This document shows positions 14,101 through 27,903 of a stretch of DNA of 64,000 nucleotides, piece by piece. The number at the start of each line of letters is the position of its first letter. Within the stretch, counting starts at the first letter, position 1. The notes under the pieces are model-generated. The model was not told where the DNA came from. It was given only the letters and a program-made list of their open reading frames with translations, and searched no databases. The stretch is taken from assembly GCA_951406725.2 (NCBI GenBank), contig OX597815.1, positions 88,908,001 through 88,972,000 of the forward strand, written 5' to 3'. Position numbers and translations under genes: made by a program. This stretch comes from Octopus vulgaris (taxonomy: Eukaryota).

Positions 14101-15307
14101 AAAACATTGCGGTAGAGTTCTATGTTTTTTTTTGTTTTGTTTTGTTTTGTATATCATGGGCTTAACGCAATCATGCATAATCTTAGTCTGCAGAATTAAT
14201 AGAATTTTAACAATGTATTTCTTAAATTCTTATTTTAGGAACATGAAAATTGGTATGAAATAAAGACAACTAAATTTATGAGAACTACCTTTTAACAGCT
14301 GCTTACAGAAAGTATAAGGGAAAATTAATTTATGGCTTGGGTCTAATTTACTTTCATTATTATTTTCATTTTTTTAAAACATTTTGACGCAGGAAACCAC
14401 TGTGTTACATACCACAAAACGATACAATATTGTATTTTTAAACTAAGATTTTAATGGTGGAACACATGAATTGTCATATATAATCCCAAGTTATAATTGT
14501 ATATAGTGAAATGACTTCAGCCTAGAATCGAAACTGTCTTGTTGCTTCGACTTGCTTCTTTACCGCGATGTACCGCCATCTAAAGACAATATGTAATATG
14601 GACTTGGTAATTGTTCTTTCTATGAAAGGGGATAGGTGACCTGATCCTTTTCTGAATATAACAAGTATTTTTTAAATCCACCTTGGTGACATGAAAATTA
14701 CAGTTCATCTCAACAGAAATTTTAATTCAGAAATCTTACGTATGAAATCTGATGCATCAGTGTATTGAATAGCGAAATAGTGGAGTGAGTTGAGTTTATT
14801 TGCCGGATTTCAAGTTTGAAATGTATTAGTGTTGGCTCTCATCGCTAACAAAAGAATAATTATTTGTCAATAGAAGATAGACAAAAATCAATGTTAATAT
14901 GTCCTGAAACCTACATATTATAGAATGACAGCAGATGCTAAATTGTATCTCATCATCAAGGAAGTTCACCTGGTGATAGACGTCTGTAATTGATAACTGA
15001 ATGGAATATCAGTTTACTGTTTGGATATTTCCGTGAATCTTTTACCTGTCAGTGACAATATTTTTATTCTAAAACCTCAACTCCACGCTACTGTAATTCC
15101 AAACCATTATTAATAAGCAGTTTACTCTTATGGGCAATAAATTCAACATACAATTATCTAATGTTACATTATATTCTTGTGTTGATTTGAAATCATAAAG
15201 TTAATGTATTTGGAAAAAATAGTATCAGCAAAAAAGATATTTTCGTTCTTGTCACCACGACGCTTAAGTATACATATTCGACCGTGTGTGGGTAAAGGAT
15301 ACACCAA

Positions 15308-16065
15308 ACTAGGAAAGCACTCGGAGAGCGCAGATCTCCGCCAAGCAGCTCATTTCCCCCATATGCGTGCATGCTGAAAATCGCTCGATTTCCCAAACCA
15401 ACGCCGGCAAAAACATAACCTCCTCGACGGGGGTAAAAACAAATAACACAGCCATATGATTTTTAAAAAAGACCCCTAACCCTAATCTTACCAAACTAAA
15501 CCTACCTACCTACTTTACATCCCTCTGTGGTCAGTATAGTATCAATCAAGGGTCCAGCAACAGTTGTTGCTACCACTGCCTCCTCCTCCTCCTCTGCTGC
15601 TGCTTTTAGCAACCCTTGAATATATTAGTATCATTTAATTTCAAAACTATTTCGCTGCCGTTTGTTTATGTAGTTTGATCTCTTTATCCATCAGTTTCTC
15701 GTAAGATAGATATGCGAGTAAAATCACTAATAGAGAAACGAAAATAAAACTTTGGAAGCAGCAACGCCACCATAGGTTACGTGAAAACCACGAACGTGTT
15801 TTCAAGGGAGATAATCAGATAAAGACTCAAACAACGTAACATTGTAATACTTCATGTAAAGTAAATATAACAAATGAAAAATCCTTCAAGAATCCATAAA
15901 CATTACTGGATCACTACCAAAATTTCGTCATCTGTTTTGTGTTTCATTACGAACCTTTCTTGCAAGTTTCATTGAATACCACTAAAAGCTTTTTGAGTTA
16001 TTATGCACACAGACAGACAAGCCAGTGCCAATGAAAACATAACTTCCTTCCTTGGCGGAGATAAG
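15308..16065 (+). mobile_element. Two fragments of a non-autonomous Helentron/DINE-like element (15308-15440 and ~15870-16065)
   Basis: 5' sub-terminal ATCTCCGCCAAG is the reverse complement of 3' CTTGGCGGAGAT; both pieces end in AAAACATAAC(C/T)TCC..GG.G.TAA; internal (CAGA)n. Confidence 0.55.
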
Positions 16066-17749
16066 AATAAAATTTTAAATAAGAAATATTTCCAATATCT
16101 GAATACATTAAGTATCGTTTCTAACATAATCACGCATTGTGTATAATATTCATGTACGGGAGAAGAGAGGACTACGGTGGCGAAACATTTGTTACTAATT
16201 TGAATAATCTTAAAGTTATCGATGTGACACTTCGAAATCGTTATACAGAAGGTTCCTATTAAAAGAAACAAACTATTCTGGTCTTCATAAGTGAATATTG
16301 TAGCAATGAAGTTGGCAGAAGGACACGACTATCTAGCGAATATGTATAGTTAATGGAATTGACTTTAGTACATGGCTGGCAAATACCTTGTTGGATTTAG
16401 GGGAACGAAGACGAAGTTCAACTCCAGAAATATTCGAAATTATGTCTTAAAAAGAAATATCAAGGATATTTAGTCTGCTTTTTAGATCCTCATCAAGAAG
16501 AGAATAAAAACGAGCTCACGGCCCCTAAAAGGTTGATCGAACGTATACACAGGACAAACAAATGTCGCAGAAAGCTAAACTTACGGTCTTAAAGCAAGAA
16601 AATGTGGATATATTATTTATGTTGTCTTTGATACGCAAACAGCTGAAAACAAAATATTGGGAATGAAGAACCTGCAATACCTTTGATAAGTATACTTAAT
16701 CAGGGCAGACGAAACAACAATAGAACCGTAATAATTTATATTATCAATACAATGCAGTTTATAGGTGAGATTTTTAAAAAAACGTAAATGAATCCCTTAA
16801 TGTACAAACACACCGCAGTCGGAATTCACCCCAGTCAGAATCCAAAGAATAGTACCTGGATATAGCATAAACTTTTGACTGGTTCTCTACAACTTCCGGT
16901 ACTCTGTTAGTGTTTAGAATAGAATCAAAAGGACTTTTGATAAGTAAAATAAACTATTTTCCCAGAGCACTAATCTTGTGGAATACGAAGTGTGTGTGCT
17001 TTTGTATAAAAGAATGTGTGTGTGTGTGCGTGTGTGTGTTTGTGTGTGTATGTGAGTGTGTGCACGTGCACGCGCGCGCGAGCGTGTGTGCAGGCAAGGG
17101 CCCGGGAACAGGAGGTGTAAGCGCACCCCCACTAAAATTTCTCAGAGTTGCAAAATCAAAATTTGCACCTCCTACATACTTTGGCAGGTTTAAAATATAG
17201 TATCTAAAAATTGATCAGCAAAATGTTGCTTGAAGTTAGCTTCCTTCTCAAAACAAAACTAAGAACAAAAATAAATAAATGCAAAGTCTAAAATATTAAC
17301 TAGTGAAGCTGATCATAAAACTCCCAAGGGAATTCTCTAGAAGGATTGACTACTGATCTGAAGCATTGTCAGTATGAAAATTTAAAGCATATATAGATAG
17401 CAGCAGTAGCAGCAATGACTACAACAGCAGCATGAGCAGCAGTACTATCACTCCTCAAAACTAGCACAATTGATGACCTATTAAACTCCGTAATGAAAAG
17501 CCCTTCACTTTCCAGCTATCCACATTCATTATTTTCTCTGAATACTACAACTGACTCATCATCATCATCATCATTGCCGTAATATTCTACTGCTACAACC
17601 ATAACCACTACTACTATCACACCACTGTCCATCTCAGTTTGAATGCATGCCCCACAGCTCCGAGTTAAATCTGTAAGTAAAGTAAAATTTATAAACGCAT
17701 GATACCCCAAAATATGCCAGTTTTCTCGATGTGTGTATGTGTGTATACA

Positions 17750-18300
17750 TCGGGCGAAATGCGTAGCCGTATTTCGTCTGCCGTTATGTTCTGGGTTCAA
17801 ATTCCGCCGAGGTCGACTTTGCCTTTCATCCTTTCGGGATCGATTAAATAAGTACCAGTTACGCACTGGGGACGATATAATCGACTTAATCCGTTTGTCT
17901 GTCCTTCTTTGTCCTCTCTGTGTTTAGCCCCTTGTGGGTAGTAGAGAAATAGGTATCTCGTCCGACTTCACGTTCTGAGTTCAACTTCCGCCGAGGTCGA
18001 CTTTGCCTTTCATCCTTTCGGGGTCGATTAAATAAGTACTAGTTACGCACTGGTGTCGATATAATCGACTTAATCCGTTTGTCTGTCCTTGTTTGTCCTC
18101 TATGTGTTTAGCCCCTTGTGGGTAGTAAAGAAATAAGTATTTTGTCTGCCGTTACGTTCTGAGTTCAAATTCCGCCGAGGTCGACTTTGCCTTTCATCAT
18201 TTCGGGGTCGATAAATTAAGTACCAGTTGCATACTGGGATCGATCTAATCGACTGCCCCTTCCCCCCAAATTTCGGACCTTGTACCTTGAGTAGAAAAGA
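17750..18300 (+). mobile_element. Tandem trimer of a Nin/Deu-domain-like SINE (family C), period 184 bp
   Basis: GTTCTG(A/G)GTTCAA.TTCCGCCGAGGTCGACTTTGCCTTTCATC starts at 17788, 17972 and 18156. Confidence 0.85.
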
Positions 18301-18489
18301 ATATTCTACTGATACAACCATGACCACTACTGCTGTCACACCTTTCTTCCCCCCACTGTCCACCTCAATTTGAATGTATACCTCACAGTTCCATGATAAT
18401 ATCTATTAATGTATGATACTCCAAAATATACCAGTTTTCTCAGTGCAGGGGACTATGCATATGCAGTAACTGCCATTTCACTCATTAAC

Positions 18490-20280
18490 TTGTGACAAAA
18501 CATGCAATTTGTACGAGCAACACCAGCCAACGCCAAAACACACATCTTACACTGCTGCCACTGTACTCCCCACCCCTCCTCCATCACTGAAACAAAACAG
18601 ACTTCAACTGTTACTGTACGGAGTTACGACGCCGAAACTGGTTTTAATTTTACGATTCAGCGGACGTCAATACTGTTTTTCAAAATATCCTCAGCGCAAT
18701 CTGGGCTGCATGTGAAGCATCAGTACCGTGCAAATGCTCTTGAAATAAAAAGAGTACAATTTTGGAGACTGTAGCAGTTTGACTTGCCAGGAAAGATCGC
18801 CGTTATGCTAAACAGAAATGCAGACAGCATAGAATAGATGAGAACAGAAGAAGACGCAAACAGATCATCCAACCCTTTCAAGCCACAAAAAAGTCACTGC
18901 TTCAGTTTGAACGACGTACAGCAACTACCTCTGACAGCAAAGTGTTCTGGAAATATGTGCGTTCAAAACAGAGACCTTACTCCCCAGTTGGTTCTCTTCG
19001 CAATCCCCACACAGGTCGGACCACTGATGACGCTAAGGAATGCACTGAGTTTATTGCTGAGTTTATTTACTTCTCAAACGTGGAGGGTTCTTTCTATTGC
19101 ACCAGCTTTCTTCCTTTTTTCAATTCTGCCTTAACAACTGTGTCACTCCAGAGACTGGAAATTTGCCAGTGTCGTTTCCCTATTCAAAAAGGTGATCGCA
19201 CATCATCTGTCAACTACTAGCTGCATTGCCAAAATTATGGAGTTCTGTGTCAGAGAAACACTCTGGAACTTTCGGAGCTCTCATAGCCTTATTCGACCCT
19301 CACAATTTGGTTTTATCCCTAACTCCAGCTGCTTTTTTCATCGAGTTTCTTGAGGACATCACCCGAGTTACTGATGGCGGCTCATGAGTGGATGCTCTCT
19401 ACATTGATTGTGCTAAAGCTTTCAACTCTCTGCCACACAAATGACTCATGGTAAAACTCTCTGCAATGGGCGTGAAATATGCTCTCTATAACTAGCTGAA
19501 GTCCTACATTCTCGGTCGGAAGTTACGTTTCTAGGACATCATTCTTCACCCTGCTGTAGCAAAGGGATCCGTTCTTGAGCCTCTACTGTTTGTTGCATAT
19601 ATTAATGACATAAATGTCAATTTGAGGAATGTTACAGCGCTGAAATATGCAGATGACATCAAGCTGTACCTCGAAATAAAAAGAACAGATCCTATGCGCT
19701 ATGGATCTTTCCTGCAACCAGACTTAGATACAAGGCAGCAATGGATCTCTGGCTTGTAACTCAAGCTAGCCGTGGAAAAGTGCATCACCATACATTTTGG
19801 GAGGAAAAATCCAGCCTTTACATAGCCTTAACACATTCCCTCAACAACACCAATCTCAAGAAGTCTTCTAGCGAACGTGATCTGGGCATTATTGTAAACA
19901 ACGATCTGCGTTGGACAAACCACATCTCAAAGATAGTCAAGAAGGCTGAGGCGGTGCTAGCGTCACTCAGTAAGACCTTTGTCAGCTACTTTCTCCAGCT
20001 ATCTATTTAAAATTGTATATGACAATGCTACGTCCACACTTTAAATTGAAGCTGGCAACTGGCTTGGTTGACGCCCACAAGATTTTCCACTATCTTTCCA
20101 ACAACGTATGACAAACACTCGCGGACATGCTTATAAAATCATAACGCAACACAGTACCCATGACTTTCAGAAACATGTTTTTCATATTCAGAATTGCTGA
20201 AGGATGGAATAAACTGCCTGCATTAGTTGTTAGCTGTCGAGACACCACATCCTTTAAAATTTCCATGAAATCTGCAAACG
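18490..20280 (+). mobile_element. Decayed CR1-group LINE, RT through 3' end
   Basis: Frameshifted motifs YIDCAKAFNSLPHK, GSVLEPLLFVAYINDI, KYADDIKLY, ERDLGIIVNNDLRWTNHI, RIAEGWNKLP. Confidence 0.9.
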
Positions 20281-21014
20281 GTACACCTTTTCCTCAGCTG
20301 TATTGCATCTGAGCACTGTACACAACAATTTCTTTCATCATTATATATGTGTGTGTACGTGTGTGTGTGTGTGTGTGTGTGTTGTCTTTCTGCATTATTT
20401 TAAAGTTGTTAGTCAATGTAATGTCACACACCCCACTTCTATTCCCACTCAGTGGGACTCCACACAGTGTTCAATATTTGGTGCAAAACTTTCTTTTTCT
20501 GTTTATTTCTATGTCCTTCTCCTCTCTCCTCTTGTGCACAAGACTTTCCCCAACTATTTCTATCTGATGCCTTTCTCTCTTTACTGCCTTCCATTTCTGC
20601 CTCTGTCCATCTCTGTCAACTACCCACTGTTATCTTTATCCCTTTTTTTCTCTGCACTCCATCTTTCTTCCTACTTGCTCTTCCCCAAATTCTCTACTCC
20701 ACTCTGCCTCTATTTTCTCGCTTTTCCCAAACACCATCCAATTTTTTCATCACTCATGTGTTTTCTACTTGACCACTGCATAGGTAAGACATATATTTTG
20801 TTTCATCTCCTGCCTAGCTCTCGCTTCAGATCCCCAGTTTACCTTTTCGCTTTTCATTCTTTTCTCTCCTTCTATCTTTCTTCTCTTCCATCCCATCTTG
20901 CCATCCTTCTCCCGAGCTTTCTAATAGAAACCTTTGGAACACAAGCACTACTATTTTCTTCCCTTTTTTGTTAGTTTTCGTCACGTAGTGTCCCACATTT
21001 CGAAATACTTTCAC

Positions 21015-21340
21015 TTTTGCTTGTTGCAAAATCGGCAACTGTGTGTTCGCTTGAAATATATATATATATATTACATGTAGAAGCGAATTGCTATCATCTC
21101 TAGCAGACGAGGTGTCTAGTATTGAGGAGTGGCAGAAATAGCTCGAAACCAGGACTGGTCTACTGGTCTCGTCATTAGGAGATAGTAGAGCTTCGCTCCC
21201 CTGCTCGCAATTTTATCGGAGGCAGCTGTGTATAGTTAACTAGCTAGAAGAGATGTCTTCTTAGGGTTAAAAGGGGTTAAAAAATCGCAGTAAAGTATCC
21301 TCGAACGGACAACCATTTTAAAGTGGCTACGGATATTACT
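21015..21340 (+). mobile_element. Retrozyme-like small element (family H2)
   Basis: Non-coding; homologous to both arms of 47105-47585; carries a hammerhead on a long hairpin; TA/TG microsatellite context. Confidence 0.6.
21106..21173 (+). ncRNA. Extended type I hammerhead ribozyme motif (C3U in the core)
   Basis: GACGAG/CTCGTC plus CTAGTA/TACTGG stem I with an internal bulge; core TTGAGGA(21122-21128); GAAA(21145-21148); stem III ACCAG/CTGGT; GTC triplet with cut after 21160. Confidence 0.7.
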
Positions 21341-21399
21341 TATATGTATATATATGTGTGTGTGTGTGTGCGAGTGTGTATGTGTGTGTGTGTGTGTGT

Positions 21400-21720
21400 G
21401 GATCTGCTTTAAAACAGATCCAAGAGAAGTATATAGAGCAGAATGAGGTCATGTAGACAACCTTTGTTGGCTTTACAAAGGCTTTTGATCCAATGCTTTG
21501 CAGGGGTTTGTAGATGATCATTTCTAGAAGTGATTCTCCATCTATTTTCGTGCATATTATGCATCAAGATCGTAATAATATGTTTATGGAGAGAGTTGGG
21601 AGATATATATGCACAATTTTCAGTGACAAATCGTGTGAAACAGAATTGTATCATAGCACCTAAACTTTTGCTGTATGCTTTCCGCCATGATGTAAGAGGC
21701 CTTTAACACCTCTCCATCTT
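21400..21720 (+). mobile_element. RTE-clade LINE RT fragment
   Basis: QEKYIEQNE...FVGFTKAFD and FSVTNRVKQNCIIAPKL resemble RTE RT motifs; stops present. Confidence 0.65.
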
Positions 21721-22009
21721 TATACTACTGTGATGCATGAGGTTAATTTCTCAGATGGTATCGCATCTCGTATGAATAACCAGTCAAAAATTCATAGTTA
21801 TCAAGCTCAATCGAATCTGGAACTGTATTGAATTCAATCACAAAAGAAACGTTAAGTATAGTTACGGCTTTATGATTTTCAATAGTATGAGATGGGGAAC
21901 TCTGTGCACATATACCCATATTCACATGCACAGACTCACGTACATACATACATACATACATACATACATACATACATACATACATACATACATACATACA
22001 TACATACAT

Positions 22010-23545
22010 GAAAGCATATTCTACAATGGTACCTGTAAGAAAACAAGTGTCACTAAAGAATATTACAGCCGAATAAAGAAAATTTAGACCTCAAGACTCT
22101 CTTCATTCAGTAACACAGTGGCCTACAATGTGTTTGTAGTGCCAGTACTCATACCAACATTTGGGCTGCTTGATTGGATGCTTGATGAGATCCGAGCCAT
22201 TGATGTAAAAGATTCTAACCATCACACATAATTTCCACATAAACAGTGACGTAGAGCGCCTGTACCTAAAACGAAAACAAGGCAGCAGAGGCTTAATATC
22301 GATCCAAAATGCCTTTGAATGTCGCATCATATCCTTTTAACCACCAAGTGTCGGAGTGCATCCCTTGACCAAGTTTGCATACATGAGTCTGATAACATCA
22401 TAAGGCTTGGAAGGTAGCGCTTTGAGCAACATTATTTGTCTAATAACCTAGAATACATGCCCAAAGATGTCGCATGACTCTATTGCAACGTATCATCACA
22501 TGAAAGGCTGACCCTGCATGAGCAAAGGACTATGCGTGGATGTGTTAGTAGGAAGCTCCGAGGTGAGAATAACATCGATCATCAAAGCAATTTTACATTG
22601 ACCAATAGCCGGATTACTACCTCCCACTTTGAAAGGTATGCGTTTGCGATCCAGGAAAGGAAATAACAACCAAATACCTGATGCACATATGGGATAAAAA
22701 TGCAGGAAAGGGAGTAAAATGTGACAAGCGATGCGGACTTTGTGGAGCTAACACCGAATATATCACTCACATCATAAGCAAGTGTCCGAAAATGTCATCA
22801 CGGTATTATCTACCAATGAGACATGATTTTGTTGCTAGGACACTCTATAATGAAATCTGTCTGAAGGATAACCCCGGGGACAAAGAAATAAGAACCTATA
22901 ATATGGTAGAAGCCATGGCCACTCATAATAAAACGGTACTGGTGGAATGTCCCAGTGAAGACCTCAATAAAATGTAAGCACACGAGACCTGATATAATGA
23001 TTTGGGATTGAGAAGAGAAACTATGCACAGTGGTAGAAATTAGCTGCCCAGCGGATGTTATCTTAAAGCTGGAGATCAGTGAAAAAGAGAACACCTACGC
23101 TGAAATATTTACAAATTTGCAGTTAGTCTATCCAGATTACAAGTTCAGATTTATAGCTGTAATTATTAGGGCCATGGGATATGTAACGCGCTGCCTAAAT
23201 ACCGATCTTGAAAAATTAGGCTTCTCAAAACCAGAAAGAAGAAAACTAATTAGAAGACTACAGATCCTATCAATCCCTGGAACCGCAAAATCTGTAAAAC
23301 TTTCCAGAAGTTTATCGTTTAAATATATATGAGCGTACATGCATACATACATACATACATACATACATACATACATACATACATACATACATACATACAT
23401 ACATACATACATTCATACATACATGCATACAAAAATAGCATGTTGTTGATGTTAAAATTCCATTGAAAGAGCTTTGTATTTAAGTTAGAAACCGGCTCCT
23501 TCTCTATTAGCAAGAAATCTCGAAATAAACTGAACAATGATAAAC
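22010..23545 (+). mobile_element. 5'-truncated RLE-type (R4/Dong-like) non-LTR retrotransposon in a (TACA)n tract
   Basis: CCHC knuckle CGLCGANTEYITHIISKC, MRHD, RPDIMIWD, VEISCP and EKENTY endonuclease motifs; (TACA)n at 21940-22008 and CATA repeats after the 3' UTR. Confidence 0.9.
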
Positions 23546-23799
23546 ATACATACATGCATACATGCATATATTTACTGTTTGGTTTAGCATTAAGAAACAA
23601 AGATAGGTAAGGGGTCACGTTTCACTTGCTTGCATTGGCATGTACTCCGAAGAGATATGGCATATATCAGCAGATAACCTCGGTTGAATCGTTGCATTTA
23701 TGAGCAGGCGGCCTCTAGCCACCTGGTCGTCCAGAGCTGTGCTATGTCAACAAATACAAAAATAAATACCTTGATAGCAGACCTAGTAAGGAACATGTG

Positions 23800-24310
23800 A
23801 AATATTTAAGGTTATATATCAACTGAGAAAATATACGTTGTATGTAATTCTCCGGATACAACCAACGATAATCAGGGCGTTAAGCAGGGTCATAAAGTCA
23901 TGAGAGAATAAGTCGAGCCAATTTACGAAAACACTTTACAATGACGACAACTCCAGAATATGGACAACCAGTCCTCATGTTATCTAGAAACAGGAAAAGG
24001 TGTCTACGATATAAAATTCATAGAAATATGATGTAGAGACACCACTACACTGTATAGCAGAGAGACGGTTCACAGTTAACGTGAAAGAATTACAGAACAC
24101 TAGCTAGAATATAATGAAAAGGAGCAAACATCGTACTCTCAGGAACATGCAATGTTAGCACAAAATTACTTGATAGGAAATCTTGAAGTAAAATATCACT
24201 ACTGTTATTCAAATGACTCAACATCACAACAGATTTTAGAGGCTATAAAATTATAGGAAGTAGAAACTCCCACTCTCAATATAGAAAATACTCGGAGCTC
24301 TAGCAACAAC
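23800..24310 (+). mobile_element. Penelope-like GIY-YIG endonuclease remnant
   Basis: From 23996: KGVYDIKFIEI*CRDTTTLYSRETVHS*RERITEH...SQEHA...QQILEAIKL, then PTLN; matches GVYxIxC..YIGET.R.L.ER..EH...EA...P.LN. Confidence 0.7.
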
Positions 24311-24761
24311 CTAATTCATAGGAATAATACAAGTATAAAGATGCAATAAAGCTAAAGTCAGCTAAGATAAAAAAAAGAAACATATGTACATATGTATTCT
24401 TAAGCTGGTAGCCACAAAAGAATGCAAAATAAATTAATATTAATACTATAATATATCATTACCTCGCACGCTTACCATAGATATGTAAGATAACAGATAT
24501 AATATAGATATGTAAGATAACAGATATAATAAAATTAGTTGAAAATTTAAAGCATTTGAAAACGTATAACTATTAGTGTGATGAAAGTGTTTTGATGGAA
24601 ACATTGACAAACAACGTTTTTTGAAAAGAAGGAAAAATAATCGAAAATATGTGTTTATGAGCTTTGTATAATATTTCTGATATATATATATTTCAATATT
24701 GGTTTCCACCCACTTCTTGCAAAACGAATTTCAAAGCCGATATATATCTGTATATGCTTGT

Positions 24762-24828
<67 letters not shown>

Positions 24829-25659
24829 CGTGTGTATGAGTCTGTGTCTGTGTTTGTGTATTTGTGTGTGTTTATATGTACCTGCATACATATTGTAATA
24901 TGTCAATATATATGAACTCCGATTTTGTACTCCAAAATTAGTTGTATGTTTTATCCTCTAATCTATTTTCGTTGTACTATCTCGCAAATTTGACCCTCTG
25001 TTTGGTATTAAGTTTTTCGCAGTATAAACGAGAGAAAACGATACATGTGCAGATAAACAAAAATACACATTTATATACCTCAATACATATACATATATGT
25101 CTACTTACATGCATTCATACTGACATACAAGCATGTATGTACGCATGTATTTATATACAAAAGAAAAAGTAATAGCATTACCAAGTGAGTTGTATTCATA
25201 GTTAAATATCGCAAGGTATTCATTTCGTAAATATGCATTAATCTAGAGTTAGTAACTTGACATATATATATATTAGCCAATATAAATCAACCGTATAAAC
25301 ACGTTTATCGTATCTTTCTAATTTCTACTCTGATGCATGTGGTTAAATTCTCAGTGCGGACATCAAAATGGTATCGCAACTCTTATGAATAACCAGCCAA
25401 AAATTCACAGTTACCAAAATCAATCGAATTTAGAATTACATTAAATTCAGTTCCAATAGAAATCGTTAACAGAGCTTTTTCTTTCTTTGTAAAGCTAAAA
25501 CCTTAAAGAAATCAATGAAACGTGTGAGCGCGCGCGCGTATATATATATATACACATATATGTACAGACATATATTTATATATAGATATATATGCTTGTG
25601 TGTATATATGTGTATGTGTGTGTGCAGCATGCACCCCCATATATATATATACATATACA

Positions 25660-25736
<77 letters not shown>

Positions 25737-26460
25737 TGCATATATAGACAGTTCACAATATATATATGATAAGTATATAGATTGATAGAAAACTATATAG
25801 ATATATTAAAGAAAGTAATATGAAATAAAATATAAAACGGGTATCATACTAGTCGACCTTTTATTACAATTGGTTATTGTTAACTGTTGGGACATTGCAG
25901 GCTGATTTATTCTGGACGGTTTCACAGAATCTTCTAGAAGAATGGAAACAAATTCCACATGAAATATTTATGCTTTATTTACAGTAGAAACTCAATAATA
26001 GCTATTATGTCAATTCTGTCAACCTCTATGTTTCTATAGATGATTTTCCGAATAGTTATTGATGAAAACTCTACAATAGTTTTCAACGATTGGTACTAAA
26101 ATTACTGATTAGTATGTGTTGTTCGCTACTTCTATCGCTTATTCAGATCTTTTCTTCTCCTTTACGTCTCTCTCGTTCTTACCATCTCCCTCGCTCACTA
26201 TCACTTTAGCTAGCAATGTTTCTCTGTCCTATTCTAAGCATGTGTTCAGCTATTTCATTCTTCTTTCCTTTTTTTTCTTTTCCTTCTGCCTTTCTCATAC
26301 TTTTTCCTCTAGTCAGCTTTCTATCCTCTCTGTTTCATACTGAAACTCATACTTTTTCTATTTGTGACCACTTATTTATTTAAAGAAGAATTTATATTCT
26401 TTGGAAGATACATCTAAGTTCATTGTCTAATGTGCCTTCTCCAGACAGTGTTTTAAATGA

Positions 26461-26517
<57 letters not shown>

Positions 26518-27903
26518 TACATAATACTTGTGTGTGTGTGTGTATGCAGACTTAACATACAAACAAACATTATACATATTTCTATAAATTCTTTATGAGA
26601 AAGGCGCTAACATTTCAAATACTTAGTTCTGCAAATAACGATGTAATAAATTGCAAGACTGGAAGTAACTTTATTCGAGAATTTCTCTTAGACTTTTAAC
26701 AACGAGAAAGTTTCCCAAAGTAGATAAATCAACAAAAGTTTATAAATAATTACTTTGCTCTCTATCTTTCCAGCTATTTCTAATTTACTTCATACGGGAA
26801 CTAAGAAACCAGTCGATCTCAAAATGCTTCATTTTAACTGCAAATCTAGTTTGAACGGCAATGTCACGCATATTAAAGAGAAACATCGAGTTAACGTGTT
26901 CAGGTTTTCATTAATTACTTCACCAATTTATTGATCAACTGTGCTACATAATTTGAATGTGAAATAGACGTAGACTTCTTGAATAACATATCTTCCTCAT
27001 TCCTATAATAGTAATTTGAAATATTACATTTGATTCAGCATCAAGATTTAACTCACCACCTCCCTATGCCTACTAGGCAAATGATCACACTCAAGGTTTC
27101 CTTTTTCCGCTTCATTGTTTTCTACATGTGTTATAACGAGTTAGGGTAGATTAAAAAAAATAACCTATGGTTGAATTTATGGCTATATTTATCTTTTAAT
27201 TACTGACTAACTGTCCAGTTCCCTGCCTTCAGAACTAGTTTGAAACAATCTGTTCAACCAATCGATTTCTTTTACAATTTTTGTTAGGTGCTATGGAGAT
27301 TCAAGTTCCACGATAACGATATCAACTTAACATATATATTTCATATTCTTTCCTAAAAAGTTATACATGTGCTATGATAAGTGACTTCTCTTTCGAAGCA
27401 TGTAATGCAAACATTAGGTGTTAGACATTTACTTCAGTATTTTCACAGTTTCATTCCAATTTATATTCAGAATATATTTCCATATTTTGTCTTTGAAATT
27501 AAAGATCTTAAAGATCTTTCTCGACCTCACTTTACAATTGCTCCTTTACTTGATACTTTCAGCTGGTTCTACATAAAATTTGACTCATCGAGCGGCAAAC
27601 GTCTTATATCAGTGACCGCTTCACAGAATCGTTAATAACTTATTGAACCCCTTCAGTTGAATTTCTAAAATAAAATTAAACAATTATAAGAAATATCTTG
27701 ATATGAAATAATAATTCCTTCTTTTCTTTCCGTCATTATCGCTTTTTAATAAGAAATATCCAAAGAAACTAAATCAAAATACTTGACGAAATTGAGAAAA
27801 AGAATTAAAATTCAGTTATATCATATTGACATAGTCGAAATATTTAATGTGAAATATGTGTTTTAAGTGAACACTGGTTTGCATCAATATTTGGTTGGAA
27901 AGT

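Noticed and set aside
17788-18300. Regularly spaced repeats suggestive of a CRISPR array
   Set aside because: Whole 184-bp units repeat with no unique spacers, in a eukaryotic SINE context
20303-20974. 223-aa hydrophobic ORF
   Set aside because: Pyrimidine-rich low-complexity sequence starting in a (TG)n tract, with no domain features
24477-24530. Short perfect tandem duplications (also 3526-3563 and ~28785-28825)
   Set aside because: Ordinary replication-slippage duplications
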